Positions 1 through 9,097 of a stretch of 64,000 nt of DNA are shown piece by piece; positions within the stretch are counted from its first letter, which is position 1; each line of letters opens with the position of its first letter. Made by a program: the position numbers and the translations under genes. The notes under the pieces are model-generated. The model was given only the letters and a program-made list of their open reading frames with translations. It was not told where the DNA came from and did not search any database. Origin of the DNA: an archaeon (GTDB lineage: Archaea > Undinarchaeota > CAZHTU01 > JBDRCC01); contig JBDRCC010000020.1 in the NCBI GenBank assembly GCA_043822065.1, positions 80,598 to 144,597 on the forward strand, in the 5' to 3' direction.

Positions 1-565
1 GGCAAAGGGCGGCGAACTCGAGAAAGAGATTGACGCAATCAAAGAAATTCTAAAGGACACAGTTACCATATCAAAACTCAACGCCAGCGCGGAGGAGCTT
101 GTCAGCAAGCTCATCGACATGGTGAAGCTCAGCCAGGACATGACGCGGAGCGTCTCAAAGAGCAACGAGGACGTGTCCCGCCAGATAAACAAGAGCATCC
201 AGGAGATGCGGGACAGCAACAGGGAGCTCAGCCAGAAGCTTGACGCCCTCCTTGAATTCTTCGCCGAGGCAGGCGAGAAGGAGGAGATTGAGCGGAGCGA
301 GATTGAGTCCGACATGCAGAAAGTATTATCACAGGTCTCCAGCAAGATAGACAACCTAGTCAGGAGCAACCAGGAAATCAGCAGCAAGACTAAGGAGCTT
401 GAGTTTAAGATGGAGGACCTTTCAAAGAAAAAGCACGTGCTAAGGCCAGCGCCGTTGCCTTCCGTGATGGAGCAGCCGGCGTTCCCAAAGCCGGAGCGGC
501 CAATGCCGCCGCCCCTTTCCAAGGGAGGCATCCCAGCCCCAAAGCCGTTCAAGCTTGAGGATTAA
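1..565 (+). CDS. 5'-truncated coiled-coil protein with Pro-rich C-terminal tail, upstream of pilus locus
   Basis: Frame is open from position 2 through the ORF-track ATG at 119; E/K/Q/L heptad-like helices; tail PAFPKPERPMPPPLSKGGIPAPKPF. Confidence 0.65.
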   Translation, partial: AKGGELEKEIDAIKEILKDTVTISKLNASAEELVSKLIDMVKLSQDMTRSVSKSNEDVSRQINKSIQEMRDSNRELSQKLDALLEFFAEAGEKEEIERSEIESDMQKVLSQVSSKIDNLVRSNQEISSKTKELEFKMEDLSKKKHVLRPAPLPSVMEQPAFPKPERPMPPPLSKGGIPAPKPFKLED

Positions 566-571
566 TCAAAA

Positions 572-1276
572 ATGGAGTCCAGGCAAATAGCAACCCATGC
601 GATAGTTTTCTGTTCGCTACTTCTTGCGATTGTTATAGTGATAGTCGGCTCTAATTTTCCAGGGCTTGCCTACCTGAACCTAATACTGCAGGCTGTCCTA
701 GTCTGCCTCCTGGCGGGAGTGATATTCATTCTAGACCGGATTCTCACAAAACTGGGCAAACGGGCAATAACGCCGGTCATCTCCGTCGTCCTGCTCCTCA
801 TGATGACTGTTGCCATCGCTGGCATAGCATGGTTCTGGCTCCAGGGCATGACCCAGCAGATACTCAACGCGACAGAGCAGACTGCAGACACCCAGCTCGG
901 CAGGCTCACGTTCGACCTCGACTTTGGAAGCGCGAAGGTCTACTGCAGCGGCCCGAACCCGTCTGACTCAGTAACCGCAGTCTCGGTCTTCGTTGCGGTA
1001 AACGCCGGCGCCAATAACATCCTGCAGGGCGTAATCCTCAACGGCAACGTCGTCGAGGAGGCAGACTTCGAGATAGTCAAAGTCGGGGACAGCCTCGGCA
1101 ACGGTGAATACAAGGAGATAAAGATACTCAACGGCGGCAACAAGTACACTGCCGGAGTCCTTGAGAAGGCTGACGATTCTGCCGACCTGGAAGTCGTCGT
1201 GAGGACGAACATCGACAAGGAAAAGGCGATAATGACCTTCGACGCCGACGCGCCATCCTCGACGACCTGCAACTAA
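572..1276 (+). CDS. Archaeal type IV pilin (class III signal KRA|ITPVISVVLLL) with a long N-terminal extension containing two hydrophobic segments
   Basis: KRAITPVISVVLLLMMTVAIAGIAWFW resembles the archaeal pilin N-terminal motif; context is a pilus operon. Confidence 0.8.
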   Translation: MESRQIATHAIVFCSLLLAIVIVIVGSNFPGLAYLNLILQAVLVCLLAGVIFILDRILTKLGKRAITPVISVVLLLMMTVAIAGIAWFWLQGMTQQILNATEQTADTQLGRLTFDLDFGSAKVYCSGPNPSDSVTAVSVFVAVNAGANNILQGVILNGNVVEEADFEIVKVGDSLGNGEYKEIKILNGGNKYTAGVLEKADDSADLEVVVRTNIDKEKAIMTFDADAPSSTTCN

Positions 1277-1872
1277 TGAGAGGCCAGTTCACACCGATAG
1301 GAGCAATACTAATTGTAGCAATCCTAATAGCCCTGATAAGCTGGACCTATCTCTGGGCAATCCCCGTCATAGAAAAGCAGAAGACCGCAGTCCTTTACGA
1401 ATACTCAAAAAGCGAGCTTGAGGAAATGCGCGACGCGGTCAGGTCCGTCGCAGGCGCGGAGGGCGCCCAGCGGACCGTCAATGTAAACCTCAAAAGCCTC
1501 GAGTTCCGCCTCAACGAGCGCGGAGGCGAATTCTCAAACTCAATTGACATGAAGATAGGCTCGGACGTAAAGCTGCTCTCGGACAGCTGGTCTGTTGTTG
1601 ACTCCTCCGAGGACGACAAGGAGGCCGTCGGCGTGCTTGGCGAGGACAATGCAGGCGTCATAATAGGCAAGCAGGAAAAAGGGATACTATTCCTCCGCCT
1701 CTGGTACCGCGACCTTTACGACAGCCAGACAAAAAATTATTACAGGATAAACCTCGTCCGCAGTACCCCGTGGATAGTTGAGTCCGGGCGCCAGGAATTC
1801 GTCCTGAAGAATACTGCCCAGTACAAAGAGGGCGGCTACATAACAACCAACATAACGGTGTCGGTGAAGTAA
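1276..1872 (+). CDS. Pilin-like protein with class III signal peptide
   Basis: MRG|QFTPIGAILIVAILIALISWTYLW. Confidence 0.75.
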   Translation: MRGQFTPIGAILIVAILIALISWTYLWAIPVIEKQKTAVLYEYSKSELEEMRDAVRSVAGAEGAQRTVNVNLKSLEFRLNERGGEFSNSIDMKIGSDVKLLSDSWSVVDSSEDDKEAVGVLGEDNAGVIIGKQEKGILFLRLWYRDLYDSQTKNYYRINLVRSTPWIVESGRQEFVLKNTAQYKEGGYITTNITVSVK

Positions 1873-2271
1873 ATGCGCGCGCAGGCGACCATCATTGAGC
1901 AATTCATCCTCTTCGCAGCAGGCTTTGTCCTTTTTATCTACATCGCCGTAGGATTTGGCGGGATACAGGGCAAGTTCTTTTTTGAGGCGCAGGAGGGGGA
2001 CCTCCACTACGTCTCCGAATACGTTGCCCTAGAAATCGAGCGCGCCTGGAGCCTGATGGAGATCGGGCACGATGCCGAAGTCGAGATTACAATTGGCATT
2101 CCGGCGCCGAGGAACACCCTCCTCGAGCTTGACGGCAGCAGCGTCTGCGCGTCCGCCGACGAAAACCGGGTTTGCACGAAGGCAAACGTTCCCGCATCCC
2201 TGAAAGGAAAGACTTATAGTTTAGAAAGATTTAGCATATTCGGCTCCGGGCAGGAGATCAGGATAGAATGA
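1873..2271 (+). CDS. Pilin-like protein with class III signal peptide
   Basis: MRA|QATIIEQFILFAAGFVLFIYIAVGF. Confidence 0.7.
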   Translation: MRAQATIIEQFILFAAGFVLFIYIAVGFGGIQGKFFFEAQEGDLHYVSEYVALEIERAWSLMEIGHDAEVEITIGIPAPRNTLLELDGSSVCASADENRVCTKANVPASLKGKTYSLERFSIFGSGQEIRIE

Positions 2272-3809
2272 AGGAAATATCGAGAAAGCACATGGGCGAG
2301 TGGATGCCGGAAGACAGGAGCAAGGTCGACGAGACTTACGACCTGATAAAAGTTGGCTCAAAGGCATTTGCCAAGGCGCGCATACACTGGGATGGGAAGA
2401 CAAACTCCCTCAAGTACGAAGTCATCGAGCCGAAGATAGACGACAGGCTCAAGGGCATACTCAAGCAGATTGAGAGCATACTGATAGACCGGCTCGAGAT
2501 TAAGTACGACAAGTTCGACATAAAGAAGAGCGAGGACTTCATAGGGCGCGAGATGGACGTCATCGCATCAGAGTACAACTTCACGCTTTCCGAGGCAGAC
2601 AAGACCGCCCTTAGCTATTATCTCCAGCGCGATTTCATCGGGCTCGAGCGGGTTGAGCCGCTCTTCCAGGACATCAAGCTTGAGGACATATCCTGCGACG
2701 GGACGAACGTGCCAGTCTTCGTCTTCCACAGGAACCCCTCGTACGGCTCCATCCAGACAAACACAATCTTCAGCACTCAGGACGAAATAGACTCCTTCGT
2801 GATGAAGCTCGCCCAGAGGTGCGACCGGGCGATAAGCGTCGCAGAGCCTCTCCTCGACGGGACCCTCCCAGACGGCTCAAGGGTCCAGGCAACGTTCGGC
2901 ACTGACGTCTCAAGGCGCGGCTCGACATTTACCATTCGTAAGTTCACGCCGGAGCCGCTTACGCCGGTGGACCTCCTAAAATTCGGCACGACTGATACTA
3001 GGACTCTCGCTTACCTCTGGCTCCTCATCGAGCACGGCTACTCCATCCTTGTCGCCGGCGCCTCAGCCACCGGCAAGACTGCCCTCCTGAACGCGCTTTC
3101 GCTCTTCATCCAGCCGGACGCAAAGATAGTCAGCATAGAGGACACTGCCGAGCTCAGGCTTCCGCACGAGAACTGGATACCGCAGGTCGCAAGGATAGGC
3201 TTCGGGCCGAGGGACGAGACCGGGGACAAGCTCGGCGAGGTAAGCATGTTCGACCTGCTCAAGGCAAGCATGAGGCAGAGGCCGGACTACATAATAGTCG
3301 GCGAGGTCAGGGGGCAGGAGACCTACGTCCTCTTCCAGGAGATGGCATCCGGCCACCCCGGGCTCAGCACCATGCACGCGGACTCCATAGACGCGGTCAT
3401 GGACAGGCTCGTAACCGAGCCGATATCCCTCCCGCCGAGCCTGATAGAGAACCTCGACGTCCTGATAGTCATAGTCCGCGAAAAGATCAAGGGCAAATAC
3501 GTCAGGCGGATAAAGCGGATTGTCGAGGTCACCGGCTTCGACGCCAGAAACAACAAGCCGATAATAAACGAGGTCTTCAGGTGGGACCACGCAAAGGACA
3601 GCTTCCTGACCGTCTCCGAGAGCAAGCTCCTCAAGGACATAATGAACGAGCGCGGGGCAAACAGGGAGAGCCTCAATGAGGAGCTCCACCGGAGGGCGCA
3701 GATACTCGAGTGGTTTGTCAAGAAGAAGATTACAAACTACCGCGACGTTCACAAGTACATAGACATGTACTACACTGACCCTGCCGCGCTCCTTGACACA
3801 CTAGGATGA
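2268..3809 (+). CDS. Type IV pilus assembly ATPase (FlaI/TadA/VirB11 family)
   Basis: Walker A GASATGKT, SIEDTAE, RQRPDYIIVGEVRG, GHPGLSTMHA. Confidence 0.95.
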   Translation: MKEISRKHMGEWMPEDRSKVDETYDLIKVGSKAFAKARIHWDGKTNSLKYEVIEPKIDDRLKGILKQIESILIDRLEIKYDKFDIKKSEDFIGREMDVIASEYNFTLSEADKTALSYYLQRDFIGLERVEPLFQDIKLEDISCDGTNVPVFVFHRNPSYGSIQTNTIFSTQDEIDSFVMKLAQRCDRAISVAEPLLDGTLPDGSRVQATFGTDVSRRGSTFTIRKFTPEPLTPVDLLKFGTTDTRTLAYLWLLIEHGYSILVAGASATGKTALLNALSLFIQPDAKIVSIEDTAELRLPHENWIPQVARIGFGPRDETGDKLGEVSMFDLLKASMRQRPDYIIVGEVRGQETYVLFQEMASGHPGLSTMHADSIDAVMDRLVTEPISLPPSLIENLDVLIVIVREKIKGKYVRRIKRIVEVTGFDARNNKPIINEVFRWDHAKDSFLTVSESKLLKDIMNERGANRESLNEELHRRAQILEWFVKKKITNYRDVHKYIDMYYTDPAALLDTLG

Positions 3810-4678
3810 GCAAATACAACGAGCTGGCGCACAGGCTGTTCAAGAGGCAGGCGGACAGCTACAAGCATTATTTTGACAACCTCCGGATAGACCTCAAGAA
3901 GGCCAACATGGCAATCACGATTGAGGAATACCTGTCCACTGCCATGCTTTCTTCAGTCATCTCTTTTGTCTTCATCTCGCTAATCTGCCTCCCAGTCCTT
4001 TCGCTCCTTATCAAGGAAATCAACCCGATATTCCTCGTTCCGCTGTCCCTGGTCCTAGGCGTTTCTACCGGCTCGGCGGTTTTTGTCGCCTACCTCATGT
4101 ACCCAACTTCCCAGGAGACAAGAATTAGCAAGCAGATAGACATGAACCTCCCGTTTGCTTCCATATACATGGCGACGGTCTCAGGCGCAGGGATACCTGC
4201 CCACCAGATGTTCAAGCTCCTCTCCCAGTTCAAGGAATACGGCGTGGTCTCAAGGGAGGCAGGCACAATCTCCACAGAAACCGAGCTCTTCGGAAAGGAC
4301 ATCCAGGAGGCCATAAAGCGCGCAGCGGAGCGGACGCCAAACGAGGACTTCAAGGAGATGCTCTGGGGGATACACACCATAGTCTCCAGCGGCGGGAGCC
4401 TTAGGAATTTCCTGAGCAGCACGAGCAAGAACCTCATGCGCCAGTACAACATGAGGATAGAGCAGTTCGGGAAGAAGCTCTCCATGTTCCTTGAGCTTTA
4501 CCTGACGCTGATATTCGTCGGGGCGATATTCTTCCTCATACTCAGCACCATCTTCGGGGCGATAGGCGCCGCGACCTCAACTGTGCTTTTCATGAACAAG
4601 CTGATAGTCTACTTCGCCCTCCCAGTCATCACAATCTTCTTCATAGCAATAATAAAGAACATTTCACCAGGCGGATGA
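3806..4678 (+). CDS. Type IV pilus membrane platform protein (TadC/FlaJ, T2SSF domain)
   Basis: IDMNLPFASIYM...GKDIQEAI...RTPN...SGGSL; multiple TM segments; follows the ATPase. Confidence 0.9.
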   Translation: MSKYNELAHRLFKRQADSYKHYFDNLRIDLKKANMAITIEEYLSTAMLSSVISFVFISLICLPVLSLLIKEINPIFLVPLSLVLGVSTGSAVFVAYLMYPTSQETRISKQIDMNLPFASIYMATVSGAGIPAHQMFKLLSQFKEYGVVSREAGTISTETELFGKDIQEAIKRAAERTPNEDFKEMLWGIHTIVSSGGSLRNFLSSTSKNLMRQYNMRIEQFGKKLSMFLELYLTLIFVGAIFFLILSTIFGAIGAATSTVLFMNKLIVYFALPVITIFFIAIIKNISPGG

Positions 4679-5592
4679 TAGACCTAAAAGAGATGGCACC
4701 GGAAAAGAAGGTCCTTGTGTTCAGCGGAGCGAGTGCAGTTGTTCTCCTGCTCATCCCGTTCCTCTTCTACGGCAAGCCGGTTTTCCTGAAGCTGATAGGC
4801 GGCTTTACCTTTGGTGCCATCCTAATCGCGGCGATACCCTACCTTGCGATACTCTACATCCGGAAGCGGCGCGTGGTCGTCCTTGAGGACCAGTTCCCGA
4901 ACTTCCTGCGGGACATTGGCGAGACTAAGAAGTCCGGCATGACACTCCCGCTTGCCATCCAGACAGCGACAAAGATAGACTACGGCGGGCTGAACGACGA
5001 CATAAAGCTGATGGCAAACCAGATTTCCTGGGGCGTGCCGTTCCCAGACGTAATCGAAAGGTTCTCCAAGCGGGCAAACTCCCCGTTTATCTCCAGGGCC
5101 GTAAGAATCATACTTGAGGCTGAGCGGAGCGGCGGGAACATCGCCGACGTGCTGGAATCCGTTGCTGAGGACGCAAGGATGATAAAGGAGGCTGAAATCC
5201 AGAGGGAGGTCTCCATGAGCGAATACCTCGCGACAGTCTACACTATATTCTTTATCTTCCTTGGCATAATCGTTGCGCTCAACCGCATCCTCCTCCCGCT
5301 CGCGTCAATCCCGGCAATCTCCGGATTCGGCGTAACCATGGCTGGCGGGACATACATCTTCAACGTGTCGTTCAAGATACTTTTCCTGCACATGACCCTG
5401 ATACAGGGGTTCCTCAGCGGCCTCCTTGCAGGGGAGATAAGCAAGTCCTCGCTGGTCGCAGGGCTCAAGCACTCCCTTATTTTCGTGCTTGCGGCATTCT
5501 TCGTGTTTATGGTCGCAGTCTATGACTTCCAGATCCAGTGCATGTTTGCGCCCACAGTGTCCATGTTCGAGGCGATGGGCTGCATCGGCTAA
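4675..5592 (+). CDS. Second type IV pilus platform protein (TadC/FlaJ)
   Basis: QFPNFLRDI...SGMTLP...DYGGL...ISWG...SGGNIADVLE. Confidence 0.9.
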   Translation: MIDLKEMAPEKKVLVFSGASAVVLLLIPFLFYGKPVFLKLIGGFTFGAILIAAIPYLAILYIRKRRVVVLEDQFPNFLRDIGETKKSGMTLPLAIQTATKIDYGGLNDDIKLMANQISWGVPFPDVIERFSKRANSPFISRAVRIILEAERSGGNIADVLESVAEDARMIKEAEIQREVSMSEYLATVYTIFFIFLGIIVALNRILLPLASIPAISGFGVTMAGGTYIFNVSFKILFLHMTLIQGFLSGLLAGEISKSSLVAGLKHSLIFVLAAFFVFMVAVYDFQIQCMFAPTVSMFEAMGCIG

Positions 5593-5593
5593 G

Positions 5594-6058
5594 ATGAGGG
5601 GACAAAACTATCTGGGCTTCTTAGTGTCATCCGTAGTCCTCCTGATTGTTGTTGCCTATGCCGCATCATCCATGGTCGACATCGTTGTCCCTGCGCTGGA
5701 GGACAGGCAGGAAATGCTGATGGAGGTCCGCGCCTACTCTATCTTCCACCAGCTAGTGTCTTCGCCAGGCTACAAGGCGTCCTGGGAGGCAAGCCCCGGC
5801 TCGGTTGAGTTCATAGGGCTTGCAGAGGAATACGGCACCCTCTCATCGGCAAAGCTGCAGGCGCTGAAAAAGGCAAGCCCGGAAAAAATAAAGCAGTCTT
5901 TCGGCGATGAATACGACTATCAGATATGCCTTGGCGGATGCGGCGCGTACAGCGTCTCGACATCCTCTGTTGTCGAATCCCAAAGCGAGGTGTTTGTCCA
6001 ATTCCCGGTAGCGATTGACGACGGGACTTACTCAACCTTGCGGGTGGTTGTCAGATGA
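5594..6058 (+). CDS. Pilin-like protein with class III signal peptide (start moved to ATG 5594)
   Basis: MRG|QNYLGFLVSSVVLLIVVAY; ATG lies 1 nt after the upstream stop. Confidence 0.7.
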   Translation: MRGQNYLGFLVSSVVLLIVVAYAASSMVDIVVPALEDRQEMLMEVRAYSIFHQLVSSPGYKASWEASPGSVEFIGLAEEYGTLSSAKLQALKKASPEKIKQSFGDEYDYQICLGGCGAYSVSTSSVVESQSEVFVQFPVAIDDGTYSTLRVVVR

Positions 6059-6456
6059 GGGCGTGGCTTAGGATTATCGAGGTCGTGATGGCAGCAATCC
6101 TGCTTATATCCTTCCTGCACCTTGCGCAGTCCCTTGCCTTTTACGAGCCTGACGTCAACCGCAAGCTGGCTGACCTGAACGTCCTCTCCCAGCAGGTCCT
6201 GCTTACGCTTGATAGCACCCCCATTGGCGAGAGCTACCTTCAGGAGGCAGTGCGCGCATCCGATTATGCAATGCTTAACGAGAAGACTGCGGAGATAGTC
6301 CCGCCGACCTACTTATTTGCTTACTCTACCGATGCAGTCTCAGCTAAGCTCCCTGCAGAGCCAGACATAGGCCACAGCTCTTATCTTGTTTCTTATCTCT
6401 CAGGCGGGGAAGTCAAGACAAAAAAAGTCGTGCTGTATGTCTGGAGGGCGATATGA
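6055..6456 (+). CDS. Pilin-like protein
   Basis: MRA|WLRIIEVVMAAILLISFL; ATGA overlap. Confidence 0.65.
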   Translation: MRAWLRIIEVVMAAILLISFLHLAQSLAFYEPDVNRKLADLNVLSQQVLLTLDSTPIGESYLQEAVRASDYAMLNEKTAEIVPPTYLFAYSTDAVSAKLPAEPDIGHSSYLVSYLSGGEVKTKKVVLYVWRAI

Positions 6457-6830
6457 GGGGGCAGTTCTTCATCCTCAGTGCAGTGATAATAATCGCGGCC
6501 ATAGCTGGCATCGTCGTGCTCCTTTCCGGCGAGACAGTCTCACTCTACGCCAATGTAAACGATGACACGGACTTCAGGCTTTACAACCTCGAGTCGCAGG
6601 CCGAGACTGTGCTCCGGCTTTCAGTCCAGGCCGGGCTCTCGCTAAGCCAGATTGAGGACGCGTTCTCAGGTTACGCCGAATACTCGGAGCGCGAGCTTGC
6701 AAAGGAGAGGATTTCCGCAACTTGGGAGTATGAGCTGTCCGGCAGCCAGTCAAGCCCAACCCTCACCTACACGCTAACCCTGAAAAACGGAAAAACCGTC
6801 GTGCGGGACTCAGCAGCCGTTTCTCCATAG
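6453..6830 (+). CDS. Pilin-like protein with class III signal peptide
   Basis: MRG|QFFILSAVIIIAAIAGIVVLL. Confidence 0.7.
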   Translation: MRGQFFILSAVIIIAAIAGIVVLLSGETVSLYANVNDDTDFRLYNLESQAETVLRLSVQAGLSLSQIEDAFSGYAEYSERELAKERISATWEYELSGSQSSPTLTYTLTLKNGKTVVRDSAAVSP

Positions 6831-6845
6831 GAAAAGATTTATACT
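6831..6845 (+). promoter_or_regulatory. BRE/TATA promoter of the pyr operon (probably leaderless)
   Basis: GAAAAGA-TTTATA ending about 24 nt before the pyrE ATG. Confidence 0.55.
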
Positions 6846-6866
6846 ATCCACCCATTAAAATGCACC

Positions 6867-7481
6867 ATGATTGAGGAGCTTCTAGGGGAGGTTGGAGCCG
6901 TCAAATTCGGCGAATTTACCTGGAAATCCGGAAAACAGGCGCCTTATTATGTCGACCTCAGGATACTGCCAAGCTTTCCGGAGGCGTTCAAGATAGTCGC
7001 GTCACAGATGGCGGAAGCCGTGAAAAAAATCCCAGACTACCAGTCGCGCAGGCTGGTTGGCGTCCCGCTGTCCGGCATATCCTTTGCGACCGCTGTCGGC
7101 CTGGAGCTGAACATGCCGGTGCTCTTTGCCAGGAAAGAGGCAAAGGGGCACGGCACCAAGAAGCTGCTTGAGGGGATTTTCAAGGCAGGTGACAGGGTAA
7201 TTCTCATAGAAGACGTAATCTCGACAGGCGTCAGCTCATCAGAGACGATAAGCAAGCTAAAAGAGGGGGGCCTTGCCGTCGAGGACATAGTCGCCGTGCT
7301 TGAGCACGGGATTGGCGGCAGGGAGAACCTGCACGCGCTCGGCCTTAGGGTCCACACCCTCACCAACATGACAAAGATTGTCAAGAGGCTTTCTTCCGGC
7401 GGAAAGGTCCCAAAGGAAAAGGTGAAAACAGTTGAGGAGTTTGTCAAAGCCGCCCTTACGGAACGAAATGCTAAGAACTAA
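6867..7481 (+). CDS. pyrE: Orotate phosphoribosyltransferase
   Basis: KFGEFTWKSG..PYYVDLR, RKEAKGHG, PRPP motif ILIEDVISTG. Confidence 0.95.
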   Translation: MIEELLGEVGAVKFGEFTWKSGKQAPYYVDLRILPSFPEAFKIVASQMAEAVKKIPDYQSRRLVGVPLSGISFATAVGLELNMPVLFARKEAKGHGTKKLLEGIFKAGDRVILIEDVISTGVSSSETISKLKEGGLAVEDIVAVLEHGIGGRENLHALGLRVHTLTNMTKIVKRLSSGGKVPKEKVKTVEEFVKAALTERNAKN

Positions 7482-8355
7482 GCTCGCAGGCGTCGAATTA
7501 AGGAACCCGCTTATACTTGCCTCAGGCATACTTGGGGACACAGGGCCCTCCCTCAAGCGGGCTTATGAGGCTGGCGCAGGCGCGGTCACGACAAAGTCGA
7601 TAAACGCAACAGAGCGCGAAGGCCACCCCAACCCGATAATAGTCGAGTACGAGCACGGCCTCCTGAATGCGGTGGGGCTTTCCTCCCAGCCGGCCGAGAA
7701 GTTCCTAAATGAGATAGACGCGTACTCCTTCCCGATCATAGTCAGCGTCCAGGGGCGCAAGCCGGAGGACTACGTGTCCGTCATCAAGCGGCTTGAGCAG
7801 AAGGCTGCAATTTTTGAGCTTAACCTTTCCTGCCCCAACATAGAGGGCATCATGCCGGCCGGCGACCCTGGCGAGGTGAAAAAAATAGTCTCCCTGGCAT
7901 CAGCCTCAACCCAAAAGCCGGTTTTCGTCAAGCTAAGCCCTAACGTCCCTGACATTGCATCAATCGCAATGGCTGCCGAGCGCGCAGGTGCGGACGGAAT
8001 AACCGCGATAAATACAGTCGGCCCTGGGATGGTTATCGACATAGAGACAAAACAGCCAATACTCTCCTTCAAGAAGGGCGGCGTCTCCGGGCCCGCCATA
8101 CGCCCGGTCGCGGTAAGGTGTATCTACGATATCTACGAAGCAGTGGAAATACCAATCATCGGCGTCGGCGGGGTTTTAACATGGGCGGATGCAGTCGAAT
8201 TTGTCCTTGCGGGCGCAGTAGGCATCGGCGTCGGCACTGCGATAATGTACAGCGGCCTCCCAATCTTCAAGGAAATAGAGCAGGGGCTTTCTGCCTACCT
8301 CAAAAAGAACAAATTCAGCTCGCTTGATGAGCTCAGGGGGCTTGCCCATGAATAG
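7468..8355 (+). CDS. pyrD: Dihydroorotate dehydrogenase B catalytic subunit
   Basis: NPLILASG, ELNLSCPN, VKLSPN, GGVSGPAIRP; start moved to MLRTK. Confidence 0.95.
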   Translation: MLRTKLAGVELRNPLILASGILGDTGPSLKRAYEAGAGAVTTKSINATEREGHPNPIIVEYEHGLLNAVGLSSQPAEKFLNEIDAYSFPIIVSVQGRKPEDYVSVIKRLEQKAAIFELNLSCPNIEGIMPAGDPGEVKKIVSLASASTQKPVFVKLSPNVPDIASIAMAAERAGADGITAINTVGPGMVIDIETKQPILSFKKGGVSGPAIRPVAVRCIYDIYEAVEIPIIGVGGVLTWADAVEFVLAGAVGIGVGTAIMYSGLPIFKEIEQGLSAYLKKNKFSSLDELRGLAHE

Positions 8356-9097
8356 GCCGGAGGTAGTCTCAATAACAAAGGTCGTCCAGCACGCCCCTGA
8401 CATACGGACGTTCATCCTCTCAAAAAGCTTCTCCCCGCGCGCCGGGCAGTTCTGCATGGTTTGGGTGCCTGGCACGGGCGAGATACCAATGTCCTTCTCA
8501 CATGAGAACGGATTCACCGTCAGGAAGGTCGGCAAGGTCAGCTCTGCCCTTTTCAAAATGAAGCCGGGCGACAAGCTTGGAATCCGCGGCCCGTACGGGA
8601 ACGGGTTCAAGCTCAAGGGGAAGAGCGCGCTCATCGTCGCGGGCGGCTGCGGCGTTGCTCCGCTCCTTTTGCTTAACAAGCAGCTAAAGGCGAAAAAGGC
8701 AGTCATACAGGGCGGCTCAACCAAGCGCGACCTCGTCTTCAAGGGGGAGCTCGGCAGCATAAAATGCACCGACGACGGCTCGGAAGGCTACAAGGGGTTC
8801 CCTACATCCAAGGTCGAGGAGCTCCTGAATAAAACGAAGTTCGACCAGATTTACACCTGCGGCCCGGAAGCCATGATGGCAAAGGTAGTTGAAATCGGGG
8901 CGCGGCACAGGATTCCTGTCCAAGCCAGCCTTGAGCGGTACATGAAGTGCGCGTGCGGCATCTGCGGCTCGTGCGTCCTTGACCCGAGCGGCCTTCTGGT
9001 CTGCAAGGACGGCCCAGTATTTACCGGGCGGCAGCTGCGCGGGACAAGCTTTGGAAAGACAAGGAGGTCGAAATCAGGTAAAAAATGCACGATTTAG
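8348..9097 (+). CDS. pyrK: Dihydroorotate dehydrogenase electron transfer subunit
   Basis: GIRGPYGNGF, AGGCGVAP, CGPEAMM, [2Fe-2S] motif MKCACGICGSC...C. Confidence 0.93.
   Translation: MNRPEVVSITKVVQHAPDIRTFILSKSFSPRAGQFCMVWVPGTGEIPMSFSHENGFTVRKVGKVSSALFKMKPGDKLGIRGPYGNGFKLKGKSALIVAGGCGVAPLLLLNKQLKAKKAVIQGGSTKRDLVFKGELGSIKCTDDGSEGYKGFPTSKVEELLNKTKFDQIYTCGPEAMMAKVVEIGARHRIPVQASLERYMKCACGICGSCVLDPSGLLVCKDGPVFTGRQLRGTSFGKTRRSKSGKKCTI

Noticed and set aside
572-6830. Archaellum (motility) operon
   Set aside because: No FlaH/FlaF/FlaG-like or chemotaxis genes recognised; two platform genes and Gln+1 pilins fit a pilus better.
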